Positions 9,141 to 18,770 of a stretch of DNA of 64,000 nucleotides are shown here, in pieces (the first letter of the stretch is position 1; every line of letters begins with the position of its first letter). The position numbers and the translations under genes were made by a program. This DNA is from Acinetobacter phage vB_AbaM_14/CRR8: the sequence record PV611675.1, one strand, 5' to 3'. The notes under the pieces were generated by a model. That model saw nothing but the letters and a program-made list of their open reading frames with translations. It was not told the origin of the DNA and searched no databases.

Positions 9141-11218
9141 GTATCCCAACAAACATGATCTGGAAGAAAGTTAAAGGTGAGTGGACGATTGGGAAATTCA
9201 TGGGTGTTGATTGGAGTGGTGTAGAGTGGGATTATGAAGGAAAACAAGCCTGTCCTCATTGTCAAGCACAAGGGAATGATAACTCTGGCAACAATCTACA
9301 TGTGTATGGTCTTGATGACCAAGGTCGTCCACTTGGAGGTAAATGTTTTAGGGAAGAGTTGGTTATCGTGTCTGTTGAAAAAGCTATAGATGATGCCAAT
9401 GAAGAAAGTGGTAATGCTGCCAAGGATAAAGTTAAGAGTTTTAGTGGAGGTAAGAAAACAGATATGTCAGCATTTGATGAGAAGAAGTTGAGTAAGGAAA
9501 AAGCTAAACTTAAACGTGAGCGACTTACTAAAGAGGAACTTCAAGAGGTATTGGAATCCACTGGTGATGATCCAAAGCTTCTACGAGGAATGGACCTTGA
9601 GACATCTCAGAAGTATGATATTAGATATCAATATGATGAGAGTACTGGAAAACCAAAAGTAATGATGATCCCAGCATTTATTGAAGAGAATGGTGAGTTC
9701 GTTATTACGGGATACAAGTGTCGTAACTTCCGTAAGAAGAAAGAGCAAGAGGGTCACTTCTACTCGATTGGTTATGTAGGTAAATTGAACTGCTTCATGG
9801 GTCAAAACATTGCAAAGTCAGCTAACCATGCACTTATCGTTGGTGGTGAAATTGATGTTATTGCAGCTGATGCTTTACTTAAGAAACATTCAAAACTTAA
9901 GCAGTACAACAAGAACTATGTTGTATTAAGTTCTTTAGTTGGTGAACCTGCTACATTTGAGGTTTGTAAACAGAACTACGAGTTCATGGATCAATTCATG
10001 AAAGTTGTTCTTGCATTAGACAATGACGATGCTGGTAGAGATGCTACTGAGCGAGTTAAAGAAGTTTTACCTAATGAAACTTTATTCACTGCTAAATTGT
10101 CTTACAAAGACCCTTGGGTTTATTGGGAGCAATTTAAAAAGCATAAGAATAAAGAGGTTCCAAAAGAGTTTGAGAATGACATCCATTGGAATAGTAAACT
10201 GGTTAAGTCGTTTGGACTTGTTGGCTCGCGCTCTTTACTCTCAAGAGCAATTGAGCATGTGGTTCGCCCTAAGATTCCTTTGCCAGCATTCTTACAGGAT
10301 TTAGGTGATTATTTCACTGATGGTATTGGGCTTGGTGAAATCTTCAACATCATTTCCAACACATCTACAGGTAAATCTGTTTATGTGAATGAGATGATTT
10401 CTGACTGGGTTGTAAATGCACCATATAAAATGTGTATCTTCTCACTAGAGGATAACTGTGGTTCTTATGGTACTAAGATTGCATCACGATTAATCGGTCG
10501 ATCTATCCATCGTGTTAAGGGTGCAGAGAACCGTAAGAAAATACTTGAGGATAATGCCGATAAGATCATGGAGTTCTTGACTGACAAGGAAACTGGTGAA
10601 GATGCGTTCTACTTAATTGAGGAAGCATTCAGTGATCTTGAGCAAGTTAAGCAAGCTATTCTTCAAGCTATTAAAGTTCTTGGATGTAAGATCATTGTTA
10701 TTGACCCATTGGTTAACTTGATCTCACATAAGTCAAATGAAGAGCAGATTGCATTTATGGTGTTTGAGGAAGAGTGTCGTCGTATTTATGATGTAACCTT
10801 CATTAACGTATGTCATACACGTAAAGTTGGTGGTGGTGGCTCTAAAGCTGCATCTCAAGGTGGGGATATCACAGAAGAGGATGTTAAAGGTTCAAGCCAA
10901 ATTACTGGCTCTGCAACAATTAATATGATCATTCGTCGTGATAAAGGTAATGCATGTGAGATTAAACGTAATACTACAGAGATCGACTTGATCAAGAACC
11001 GTACAGACGGTCAGACAGGTAAATCAGTAGCTAAGATTTTCTATCATGGAGATAGTCATACATTGATCCCTTACTCTATTGCTGAGGAGAATGATTTCTA
11101 TCAAGATGGGCAAAAGGTAGATTTCAAGAGAAAAGGTATTACACCTGTAACCACACAGGAAGATGCCGAAGATGACGATGAAGTTGTTGATCCAGACAAA
11201 ATGGATTTCACGGATTAG
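9137..11218 (+). CDS. bifunctional DNA primase-helicase (T7 gp4-like: Zn ribbon + TOPRIM + DnaB-like helicase)
   Basis: 693 aa. N-terminal CPHCQ...C zinc ribbon. TOPRIM-like VGGEIDVIAADA. C-terminal RecA-fold with a P-loop (SNTSTGKSVY) and an arginine finger region. Confidence 0.8.
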   Translation: MSIPTNMIWKKVKGEWTIGKFMGVDWSGVEWDYEGKQACPHCQAQGNDNSGNNLHVYGLDDQGRPLGGKCFREELVIVSVEKAIDDANEESGNAAKDKVKSFSGGKKTDMSAFDEKKLSKEKAKLKRERLTKEELQEVLESTGDDPKLLRGMDLETSQKYDIRYQYDESTGKPKVMMIPAFIEENGEFVITGYKCRNFRKKKEQEGHFYSIGYVGKLNCFMGQNIAKSANHALIVGGEIDVIAADALLKKHSKLKQYNKNYVVLSSLVGEPATFEVCKQNYEFMDQFMKVVLALDNDDAGRDATERVKEVLPNETLFTAKLSYKDPWVYWEQFKKHKNKEVPKEFENDIHWNSKLVKSFGLVGSRSLLSRAIEHVVRPKIPLPAFLQDLGDYFTDGIGLGEIFNIISNTSTGKSVYVNEMISDWVVNAPYKMCIFSLEDNCGSYGTKIASRLIGRSIHRVKGAENRKKILEDNADKIMEFLTDKETGEDAFYLIEEAFSDLEQVKQAILQAIKVLGCKIIVIDPLVNLISHKSNEEQIAFMVFEEECRRIYDVTFINVCHTRKVGGGGSKAASQGGDITEEDVKGSSQITGSATINMIIRRDKGNACEIKRNTTEIDLIKNRTDGQTGKSVAKIFYHGDSHTLIPYSIAEENDFYQDGQKVDFKRKGITPVTTQEDAEDDDEVVDPDKMDFTD

Positions 11219-11219
11219 T

Positions 11220-11248
11220 TTGTAAAATCAAAAAGATGCTGGTATAAT
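11220..11248 (+). promoter_or_regulatory. sigma70-like promoter TTGTAA-N17-TATAAT with the -10 inside the dyad GATGCtggtataatgctgGCATC
   Basis: Read directly from the sequence. Confidence 0.45.
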
Positions 11249-11275
11249 GCTGGCATCTAATTTATTGGAGGTAAT

Positions 11276-11632
11276 ATGTATGGTAATTTAATTTTAGAAA
11301 AATTTAAATCTAATTCTGAAGATGAAGTCATTCGATTAAATGGTTTTAGATTTTTGTCTTGTGAAGGGACTGAATATTCTCACTTCTTTGGGAATATCTG
11401 GTTGTATGAAGTAAATTTCCAACATCACAGTAAGGAAACCATCAAAGGCCAAGGAGAGGTTCATAACTTCAAATTGACTATTAAACAAGCTCATATAGAG
11501 AAGTCTAGTATCATCTCTCATGAGGCTTTGAACATAGTAGGTGAAGTAGGTTTGATTAATACAATTAAACGTATGTGTGCCGAGATTAGTTCACAACGAA
11601 TTGATGAAATCCTTGGAGGTGATAATGTCTGA
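11276..11632 (+). CDS. hypothetical protein
   Basis: 118 aa. RBS is ggaggtaat-ATG. No recognisable motif. Confidence 0.4.
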   Translation: MYGNLILEKFKSNSEDEVIRLNGFRFLSCEGTEYSHFFGNIWLYEVNFQHHSKETIKGQGEVHNFKLTIKQAHIEKSSIISHEALNIVGEVGLINTIKRMCAEISSQRIDEILGGDNV

Positions 11633-13688
11633 AGAGCGTAAGTATAGATTTTTTGCTGCCGATTTGGAGGCAACAGGTCTATTGTGGGACATGGTTAAAC
11701 AAGGGGATGAGAAGAAATTACATAACTTCTGTGCTATTGAGATCAAGGACCATAAGTTTCAAAATATTGAGATGTTTCACCCTCATGATAAGAAGGGGAG
11801 AGATGAACTTCAAAAATTTATTGAACATCCAGATCATATCTTTCTGATTCACAATGCTTATACATATGATGTTCATGCACTGGAATTATTTGGTTTTGAT
11901 ACATCTAAAATGAAGGTGATTGATACATTGCCATTGTCTTGGTATCTCCATCATGATCGTGATCGTCATGGTCTTGAATGGTGGGGTGAAGAGTTTGGAG
12001 TACCTAAACCTAAGATCGACAACTGGGAAGATTTAACTCAAGAAGAGTATGACCATCGTGTTATCGAAGACTGTAAGATTCAGCGACTCCTGTGGATGAA
12101 GTTGTGTACAGAATTTGGTGAGATGTATAAGATTAAGACTCAGAAGGATGTATATGAACACTTTGCATTCAAATACATTCAGTTTAAATCTAAACAACTT
12201 TCTGAACAGATGAAGAATAAGTGGAAGTTCAATGTTGAGGAAGGTCAGAAATTATTTGATGAGCTTGAAGCTGAGATTGCAGAGCGTACAGAGAAGTTAA
12301 AATCTGTAATGCCTAAAGTTCCAAAGTATGCTAAACGTAAACCTCCAGCTAAACCGTTTAAAGCAAATGGTGAATTATCTGCTACTGGTGAGAAGTGGAA
12401 GAAACTTTGTGAGGAACATGGTTATGAGTTTGGTACTTATAAAGGTGAGATTTTAGAGCTTACTAAGTATGAAGAACCAAACCCAGCATCTTCAACTCAA
12501 GTGAAAGCTTGGTTAACTAGTTTAGGCTGGGAGCCAATGACATTTGAGTATAAGCGTGAAGCTGATGGTAAGACTCGTGCTATTCCTCAAGTTAACAAGA
12601 AGAACTCAGGTGGATTAGTTTGTGAATCTGTTTCGATGTTGGCTGAGGAAGTTGAGGAAGTATCAGCTCTGGAAGGTCTAGGTATCGTAAAGCACCGTTT
12701 TGCTATGGTTAAGGGTTGGTTGGAGAATCACGAAGATGGATTCTTAATCGCACAAGCTGGTGGGTTTACGAATACGTTACGATTGAAGCATAGACAACTT
12801 GTGAATATGCCTTCAGGTCGTGTACCATACGGAATGCGTTTACGTGGGTTGCTTGAAGCTCGTGAAGGTTGTATATTGACAGGGGCCGACTTAAGTTCTC
12901 TTGAGAACCGCTGGAAGTTCCATCATCAATATCCACTTGATCCTGATTATGTAGAAGCACAGATGTCGGATGACTTTGACCCTCACTTGGCACTAGCGGA
13001 GATGGCAGGTCTATTAACGACAGATGATGTAAACTTCTATAAGTTGTTTGAGAGTGGCTACACCATCCCTGATGAGTGTTACACTGATGAACTGAAGAGA
13101 CGAATTAAGAAAGCTGAGGAAGATGAGGAGTGGAAACACTCTGAGATCAAGCGCATTGCTAAAATTCGTGGTATTGGTAAGAATGGTAACTATGCACTAC
13201 AATATGGTTCTGGTGTTGAAACATTAGCCCGTACTGCTAAGATTACCAAGAAACAAGCAACCAAGTTGAAAGAAGGTTATGATAAGCTTAACTGGACTAT
13301 CCCTGTTATTGCCAAGGCACAACGGGTTAAAGATTTTAAACATGGACGATTCTTGTATAACCGTGAGAATAAAATCTGGTATCCATTAAAAGCTGAGAAG
13401 GATAGATTCTCTACCTTGATTCAGGGAAGTGGTTCGTATACACTAGACTTATGGATCATGAAGTTCTTCCAAATTCGTAAGAAGGCTATTGCCTCTGGTC
13501 GGATTAAGTTTGCTAATTTATTAGGGACTTTCCACGATGAGTTAATCTTGGAGCATTTGGAGGAGGATGCAGAAGAAGTTAAGAAGATGTTAAGTGAGGC
13601 GATCGACCTTGTTAATAAATCTTTGAAGCTTTCTGTAGACTTGACATGTGACATTAAACAGGGTAAAACATACGCTGAAATTCACTAA
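11625..13688 (+). CDS. DNA polymerase, family A, with N-terminal 3'-5' exonuclease domain
   Basis: Exo I motif FFAADLEATGL. Motif A ILTGADLSSLENR. Motif B RIAKIRGIGKNGNYALQYGSG. Start chosen at the ATG at 11625 with RBS ggaggtgata. The ORF track extends it to 11577. Confidence 0.85.
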   Translation: MSEERKYRFFAADLEATGLLWDMVKQGDEKKLHNFCAIEIKDHKFQNIEMFHPHDKKGRDELQKFIEHPDHIFLIHNAYTYDVHALELFGFDTSKMKVIDTLPLSWYLHHDRDRHGLEWWGEEFGVPKPKIDNWEDLTQEEYDHRVIEDCKIQRLLWMKLCTEFGEMYKIKTQKDVYEHFAFKYIQFKSKQLSEQMKNKWKFNVEEGQKLFDELEAEIAERTEKLKSVMPKVPKYAKRKPPAKPFKANGELSATGEKWKKLCEEHGYEFGTYKGEILELTKYEEPNPASSTQVKAWLTSLGWEPMTFEYKREADGKTRAIPQVNKKNSGGLVCESVSMLAEEVEEVSALEGLGIVKHRFAMVKGWLENHEDGFLIAQAGGFTNTLRLKHRQLVNMPSGRVPYGMRLRGLLEAREGCILTGADLSSLENRWKFHHQYPLDPDYVEAQMSDDFDPHLALAEMAGLLTTDDVNFYKLFESGYTIPDECYTDELKRRIKKAEEDEEWKHSEIKRIAKIRGIGKNGNYALQYGSGVETLARTAKITKKQATKLKEGYDKLNWTIPVIAKAQRVKDFKHGRFLYNRENKIWYPLKAEKDRFSTLIQGSGSYTLDLWIMKFFQIRKKAIASGRIKFANLLGTFHDELILEHLEEDAEEVKKMLSEAIDLVNKSLKLSVDLTCDIKQGKTYAEIH

Positions 13689-13700
13689 AGGTTAATATTT

Positions 13701-13892
13701 ATGAAAAATTTACAATTACTTGTTGACATTGCAGAAAGTTCTGGTAATATGGATGCCATTGAAGATGATGTAGGATTTAAATTTCCAGAATCCACATCTC
13801 TACCAAAGCTTGAGGTTATGTCCCTTGAGAAAAGGTTCTTAGAACATTGGAGTGATACATATTCTCCAGTTCATTTAAGATATGAATTGTAA
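13701..13892 (+). CDS. small hypothetical protein (possibly shorter, starting at 13749)
   Basis: 63 aa ORF. It overlaps a promoter-like element. Confidence 0.25.
   Translation: MKNLQLLVDIAESSGNMDAIEDDVGFKFPESTSLPKLEVMSLEKRFLEHWSDTYSPVHLRYEL
13724..13750 (+). promoter_or_regulatory. sigma70-like promoter acttGTTGACA-N15-TAATAT
   Basis: Lies inside the 5' part of ORF 13701..13892, so the real coding start there may be the ATG at 13749. Confidence 0.35.
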
Positions 13893-13908
13893 TTAAATAG
13901 GTGGTTCT

Positions 13909-14112
13909 ATGTTGTATTCGTTAGTATTAGTAGTATTTCTATCAAACGGTTCAGAAGATAGAACCACTTTAGCAAAAAATTATCAAGATTACTCTTGCAT
14001 TGATTCAAGAGATGTTGTAAGATCACAACTTGATTATTACAACAATCTCGAATCTAAAGGTGATGTTGAGTTTGTTGATGTTGAGTGTGAAGCTCAAAAA
14101 GATTTTATTTAG
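13909..14112 (+). CDS. small hypothetical protein
   Basis: 67 aa. RBS is taggtggttct-ATG. Hydrophobic N-terminus. Confidence 0.3.
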   Translation: MLYSLVLVVFLSNGSEDRTTLAKNYQDYSCIDSRDVVRSQLDYYNNLESKGDVEFVDVECEAQKDFI

Positions 14113-14131
14113 TAGTTCCTTAGAGGAGAAA

Positions 14132-15340
14132 TTTATGACAGCTTTTAAAATGCGTAAGGGTACAGGTAATGGCAACGGTGGTAACGGACCTAAAGTAGAC
14201 TATGCAGCTATTAATGCTCAGGTTGATGAAGGTTCACACGGTGCTCGTATTGTACACTTAATCGACTTAGGGGACCATCAAGATTCTGTTAAGTTGGGTG
14301 ATAAGGGTTACACAGGATTCCTTAGCGAAGAGGATGCTGAGTTATTCATTGAACAGATGAAAGAAAAGCATGGTGAAAAACATTCTGCATTCAAAAATGG
14401 TGATCCAGAGATTGAGGAAGCGGATGAAGCGGATTTTGATGAGTCTAAGACAAAAACACTTAAACTTACAGGTAAAGGTGACAAAGCTCGTTGGATTGAA
14501 ACAGACACTGATCCAGAGTATGTAGTAAACATCAATGAGTACGGTGGCTTTAAGAAAGATGGTACACCTCTTTTATATCAAGAGATTGCTCTTGTAGCTG
14601 ACTGTACAGAGATGGAAATTGATTATGGTGAAGATATTGGTGTAAAACCTTATCGTATCCTGTTGAACAAAACTTGGATGGGTGATGTTACTGGTTTCCA
14701 ACTTAAGAAAGTTCCACCAGCTAAAAAAGATGGTGTATGGACAATTAAAGGTAATACCAAGTTAGCTGAGGTAATTACAGCTTGTGGTAAGAAAGAGCTT
14801 CTTGATGTTGATTTGGAAGATGCAGATTTTTCTGAAATTCTTGGTGAAGCATTCAATATCGCAATTGAGAAGAATGGTGACAATGACCAGTATGTAAATA
14901 TCGGTAAAGCCATCCCTCTCAAGAAGAAGAAGGGTGTTCCAGAAGAAGTAGCTGAGCTTTGGGATGAACCATTAGTAATCACATTTGAGAATGCAACAGC
15001 TGATTTGCTTGAACAAGCACACGTTCGTGGAGACATTATCAAGAAGATTAAGTCTGCTACAAACTATAAAGGTTCTGCAATGGAAGAGGCTGTTGAAGAG
15101 TATGAAGCTCGTAACAAAGCAAAATACAAAGCTCAAGCTGAATCACAAGAATCTGATTTGGACGATGAAGGTGATGATGAGGATGAGGATGAAAAGCCAC
15201 AACGTAAGGTTACTAAAGAGACTAAGTCTAAGTCAACAAAAGCAAAGACTAAAACTAAGAAGGAACCTGAGCCTGAACCTGAATCAGATGATGATAATGA
15301 CGATGATGGTGACGACGATGAAAACGATGATTGGGAATAA
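14132..15340 (+). CDS. putative ssDNA-binding/replication accessory protein with a long acidic C-terminal tail
   Basis: Start is the ATG at 14132 after ggagaaattt. The C-terminal ~60 aa are poly-D/E (DDDNDDDGDDDENDDWE), as in the tails of T7 gp2.5-type SSBs. It lies between the polymerase and FEN genes. Confidence 0.3.
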   Translation, partial: FMTAFKMRKGTGNGNGGNGPKVDYAAINAQVDEGSHGARIVHLIDLGDHQDSVKLGDKGYTGFLSEEDAELFIEQMKEKHGEKHSAFKNGDPEIEEADEADFDESKTKTLKLTGKGDKARWIETDTDPEYVVNINEYGGFKKDGTPLLYQEIALVADCTEMEIDYGEDIGVKPYRILLNKTWMGDVTGFQLKKVPPAKKDGVWTIKGNTKLAEVITACGKKELLDVDLEDADFSEILGEAFNIAIEKNGDNDQYVNIGKAIPLKKKKGVPEEVAELWDEPLVITFENATADLLEQAHVRGDIIKKIKSATNYKGSAMEEAVEEYEARNKAKYKAQAESQESDLDDEGDDEDEDEKPQRKVTKETKSKSTKAKTKTKKEPEPEPESDDDNDDDGDDDENDDWE

Positions 15341-15347
15341 GTGATAA

Positions 15348-15608
15348 ATGGAAGCAAGCGTTAACATATCTTCAAATGAGTTGAAGCGCTTGTTCCACAA
15401 AGCTGTAAAGGATGGTGGCTTCTCTGAGAGAGTGATCTCGGAGACAGTCACTAAACTTTTAGATAGGGTAGCCAGAGACTACCCACATCTTCTCAAAGGT
15501 ATTTACCAGAATGCACATCGTAAGTACCAAGCGAGTTTAGCTCTTGGACTCAAGCAGCAAAGAGAACGTAACATGAAACAAATCTATGGAGGAAAGTATG
15601 GGAACTAA
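15348..15608 (+). CDS. hypothetical protein
   Basis: 86 aa, basic. Confidence 0.35.
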   Translation: MEASVNISSNELKRLFHKAVKDGGFSERVISETVTKLLDRVARDYPHLLKGIYQNAHRKYQASLALGLKQQRERNMKQIYGGKYGN

Positions 15609-16005
15609 ACACATTAATGAATTAGCTACAGAAATTGAAGCAAAGCGTGGCGCTGGTCGCCCATCTGTTGATAATGAATCTATCCTTGATGAGCTTTTGG
15701 CAAAGCCTGAAACACGACAGAAACTTAAAGATCAATTCCGTTATTTAAAAGAGCAGAAGCTTGCTGTAATGGCAAAGCAAGACATTTATAAAGATGATGT
15801 AAAAGCTACCAAAGAAGTATTTGGTCTTTCAAATGGGTTTATTACAAAAGCTGTCGATGCTCTTGTTAAGTCTGAAGTTAGTAAGAAAATGACTGAAGCT
15901 GCTCAATTCTCTGATTTCTTATCTGTTCTTGGTGAAGATGAGGAAGATGTAGATTCAGGCAATTACGACGAAAATGACTTTGGGGATGAGGATTATGACG
16001 ATTAA
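15586..16005 (+). CDS. hypothetical protein with acidic C-terminus
   Basis: 139 aa. An alternative start is at 15598. Ends in DFGDEDYDD. Confidence 0.4.
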   Translation: MEESMGTKHINELATEIEAKRGAGRPSVDNESILDELLAKPETRQKLKDQFRYLKEQKLAVMAKQDIYKDDVKATKEVFGLSNGFITKAVDALVKSEVSKKMTEAAQFSDFLSVLGEDEEDVDSGNYDENDFGDEDYDD

Positions 16006-16246
16006 TGTCGATTTAAAATACGGCAGTCAATCTCTCTATAAGGTACTTGATGATGAAGATGGTCACAAGTACCTTATTCCTTTTCAGGAGTATGATGAGG
16101 TAAAGGCTCAATTTGATAATATTTTAGAAGCTCAAGATGATGATTTATATGATCAGTTGGAAAACCTCCTTGACACATATGAAAAGTTGGAAGGTGCTGA
16201 CTTTTTAGTAATACTGGAATCGGAGGTGGTTAGTGTCAGGGTTTAA
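15974..16246 (+). CDS. small acidic hypothetical protein
   Basis: 90 aa. Confidence 0.35.
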   Translation: MTLGMRIMTINVDLKYGSQSLYKVLDDEDGHKYLIPFQEYDEVKAQFDNILEAQDDDLYDQLENLLDTYEKLEGADFLVILESEVVSVRV

Positions 16247-17549
16247 GATGCGAAAGGTGTCAGAGGAAGTAAAACAATATTATGTACATGAAATTGATTT
16301 CCCAGTTTATAAAAAGCGTGAAAAAGTTCTTTTAATCGATGCTGATATCTTAGCATTCAAAGTCTCTTCAGTTTGTGAATCAAGATTCAGATTTACACAT
16401 AAAGAAGACCCTGATGAGGTTTATCTAGCGAAATCCATTAAAGAGTTCCAAGGCTTCCTTGAAGACGAGAAGGCCCGTTCTGCTCGTAAAGTTGAACGTA
16501 TTAGTAAGAAGATGATGGAAGCTCGTCATTCTGATGATACCGAAGCTTACGAGAAGCATAAGAAGAATCTTGCCAAAGCTCGTGAAGTATTCCAAAATTG
16601 CTATGAGTTTGAAGATTTTGAACGTGAAGATGTTCAGATCGCTGATCCTTTTGAGTATTGTGCAAAAACATTGAAGGATGCTCTGGAAAGAGTACTTAAG
16701 ATGTTGAGAATCAAAAAGTTTGAGATGTATGTAGGTGGTGATGAAAACTTCCGATCTAAACTACCTCTTGTTGAAGAGTATAAAGTGTCTGTACGTAAAG
16801 ATGGTATTCGACCTATACACCTAACTGCTGCCAAAGAATTTTTAATGAAGAAGTATGGGGCAATTAAGGTTAAAGGTATTGAGGCTGATGACGTATTGCA
16901 GATGAGACAATATCAATTACACAAAGCTGGTGTTGATGTGGTCATGTACTCTAATGATAAAGACCGTAAGCAAGGCTGGTATGGTAAGTACTATAATCCA
17001 GACAGTGAGTCTCTAGAAGTCTTAGATTCTTATTTAGGCACAATCAACGAGAAGGGTAAGGGTTGTGGTCTTAAATGGTTATTGTTCCAAATGTCACAAG
17101 GTGATCCAGTCGATGGGTACTCGCCTAAAGCATGGTACGATAAAACGCATTATAAGCGTGGCTATGGGCCGAAAGGGTTTTATAATGACTTTGGTCACAT
17201 CGAATGTGAAAAAGAGCTTCTGGAGCATTTCATAGTAGTTCACCGTGATAGATTACTCACTCAGGAAATTTATGAGTGGACAACTTGGGATAAACGTCGA
17301 GTAAAATCAAATTGGCTAGGCATCATTGAGTTGATGTTCTCTTGTGCTTACATGAAGCTTGAGGTTGATGACCAGCGTACATTTAGATCATTGTGTCAAG
17401 AACACGGTGTGGATGCTGGAGAATTAATCTGGGATGTTTGCCATGAGTGGGACATTCCAACTGAGGAATTAGGGTGTGTTCAGAAGGTCGTTAAGGAGGT
17501 CTTAGATGAGGCAATTGAGGAAGGGGTCCTTCAAAGATCAAGTGATTAA
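16233..17549 (+). CDS. 5'-3' exonuclease / flap endonuclease (FEN, T4 RNase H / T5 D15-like)
   Basis: Carries VLLIDADILAFKV and GIEADDVL metal-binding motifs typical of phage FEN nucleases. Confidence 0.65.
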   Translation: MSGFKMRKVSEEVKQYYVHEIDFPVYKKREKVLLIDADILAFKVSSVCESRFRFTHKEDPDEVYLAKSIKEFQGFLEDEKARSARKVERISKKMMEARHSDDTEAYEKHKKNLAKAREVFQNCYEFEDFEREDVQIADPFEYCAKTLKDALERVLKMLRIKKFEMYVGGDENFRSKLPLVEEYKVSVRKDGIRPIHLTAAKEFLMKKYGAIKVKGIEADDVLQMRQYQLHKAGVDVVMYSNDKDRKQGWYGKYYNPDSESLEVLDSYLGTINEKGKGCGLKWLLFQMSQGDPVDGYSPKAWYDKTHYKRGYGPKGFYNDFGHIECEKELLEHFIVVHRDRLLTQEIYEWTTWDKRRVKSNWLGIIELMFSCAYMKLEVDDQRTFRSLCQEHGVDAGELIWDVCHEWDIPTEELGCVQKVVKEVLDEAIEEGVLQRSSD

Positions 17550-18153
17550 GTTCCCTTATGATTCATGGAAGTTGCTTAATGACCAAGCTGATGCAGTAGC
17601 TGAGTGCTTTAGGTTAATGAGAGATTGGGAGGAACCAAATTTGACAGCCCAACTAGGGATTAAAGCAGATTTAGTAACTATGGGAAATCATGTACATCAT
17701 GGTACAGATAACCCATTCATTACAACAACTTCAGGAGAGGTATTTATGTATAGTGATGCTATTAGAGACTCTAATATTAGTGGTTTAGGTTTACCTACCC
17801 GTAGAGGTATTGAAAACACTTTTATTTCAAGCATTTCGGGTGGAGTTGTGTCGATTTCAGGCAAAGTTCATCGTGAATGTCCACCAAACAAAGTTGTCAA
17901 GTATACACAACTGGTTTGGAATATCGCCAAATCTACACGAGATAATTTGGCAGACATGGTGGTTAATGACTACTATAGAATTTCAGGTAAATCTGTAGTT
18001 CAATTATTGGAAAATGCGACACCTGAACGTTTTGAACTTGAAATTTGGTTTGAGGATGATCGTAAATTCCATATATATCGAGATGATAAACGAATTTTTG
18101 AGAGTAAATCTGCTAAAGAGACTGCTGCATTTATTGAGGGTGGGCTTAAGTAA
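17506..18153 (+). CDS. hypothetical protein
   Basis: 215 aa. Start is uncertain because the ORF overlaps the 3' end of the FEN gene. Confidence 0.3.
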   Translation: MRQLRKGSFKDQVIKFPYDSWKLLNDQADAVAECFRLMRDWEEPNLTAQLGIKADLVTMGNHVHHGTDNPFITTTSGEVFMYSDAIRDSNISGLGLPTRRGIENTFISSISGGVVSISGKVHRECPPNKVVKYTQLVWNIAKSTRDNLADMVVNDYYRISGKSVVQLLENATPERFELEIWFEDDRKFHIYRDDKRIFESKSAKETAAFIEGGLK

Positions 18154-18770
18154 TGGATTTCGGAATTGTTCAAGAGGAAACTAAGGGTAAATCGATAGAT
18201 TTCTCCAAGGTGTCTGATAAAGACCTCAAGCAATTTCTCACCTGCACTAAGCATGTATTTAAATCTGAGTCGGCATTTTTTACTTGGGTTCGTAGTGGTT
18301 TAAGACAAGGTCTTTGGATGAAACACCCGATCAAGATGGAAATGCTCAATTCTCAGAGATATAAGATCAAGAACCCTAGACCAAATCCACGTAAAGGTTC
18401 AGAGTTGGTGTGGGGTTATGATTGTGCATGTTGTGGTGGTCAATTTACAGCACCAAACGTAGAAGTTGATCATATTGTTGGTGAACACAGTTTGAAGACA
18501 ATTGAAGATGTAGTTACTTTCTTTAAGAAAATTATGTTAGTGACTCCATCCGATTTACAAATTGTTTGTAAAGAATGTCATGCTATCAAAACTTATGCTG
18601 AGCGATATGGTGTTTCTGAGAAGAAAGCAAGAGCTATTAAGAAAGCTATCGCTGCTGTTAAAGATGGCATACATCAAGAGGAACTTGAGAGGTTAGGTGT
18701 TAAGAAATTAGTACCTAAGACAAAGGCTAGAGATATGCTTGCCGATCTCTATGAAAGAGAGGATACATAA
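18153..18770 (+). CDS. HNH endonuclease
   Basis: CACCGG...DHIVGEH...CKECHAIK is a classic HNH/zinc motif. Confidence 0.65.
   Translation: MDFGIVQEETKGKSIDFSKVSDKDLKQFLTCTKHVFKSESAFFTWVRSGLRQGLWMKHPIKMEMLNSQRYKIKNPRPNPRKGSELVWGYDCACCGGQFTAPNVEVDHIVGEHSLKTIEDVVTFFKKIMLVTPSDLQIVCKECHAIKTYAERYGVSEKKARAIKKAIAAVKDGIHQEELERLGVKKLVPKTKARDMLADLYEREDT

Noticed and set aside
13701-13892. Full-length 63-aa ORF starting at 13701
   Set aside because: Its 5' portion coincides with a well-formed promoter (GTTGACA…TAATAT). If real, the coding region probably begins at the internal ATG at 13749. It is kept only as a low-confidence feature.
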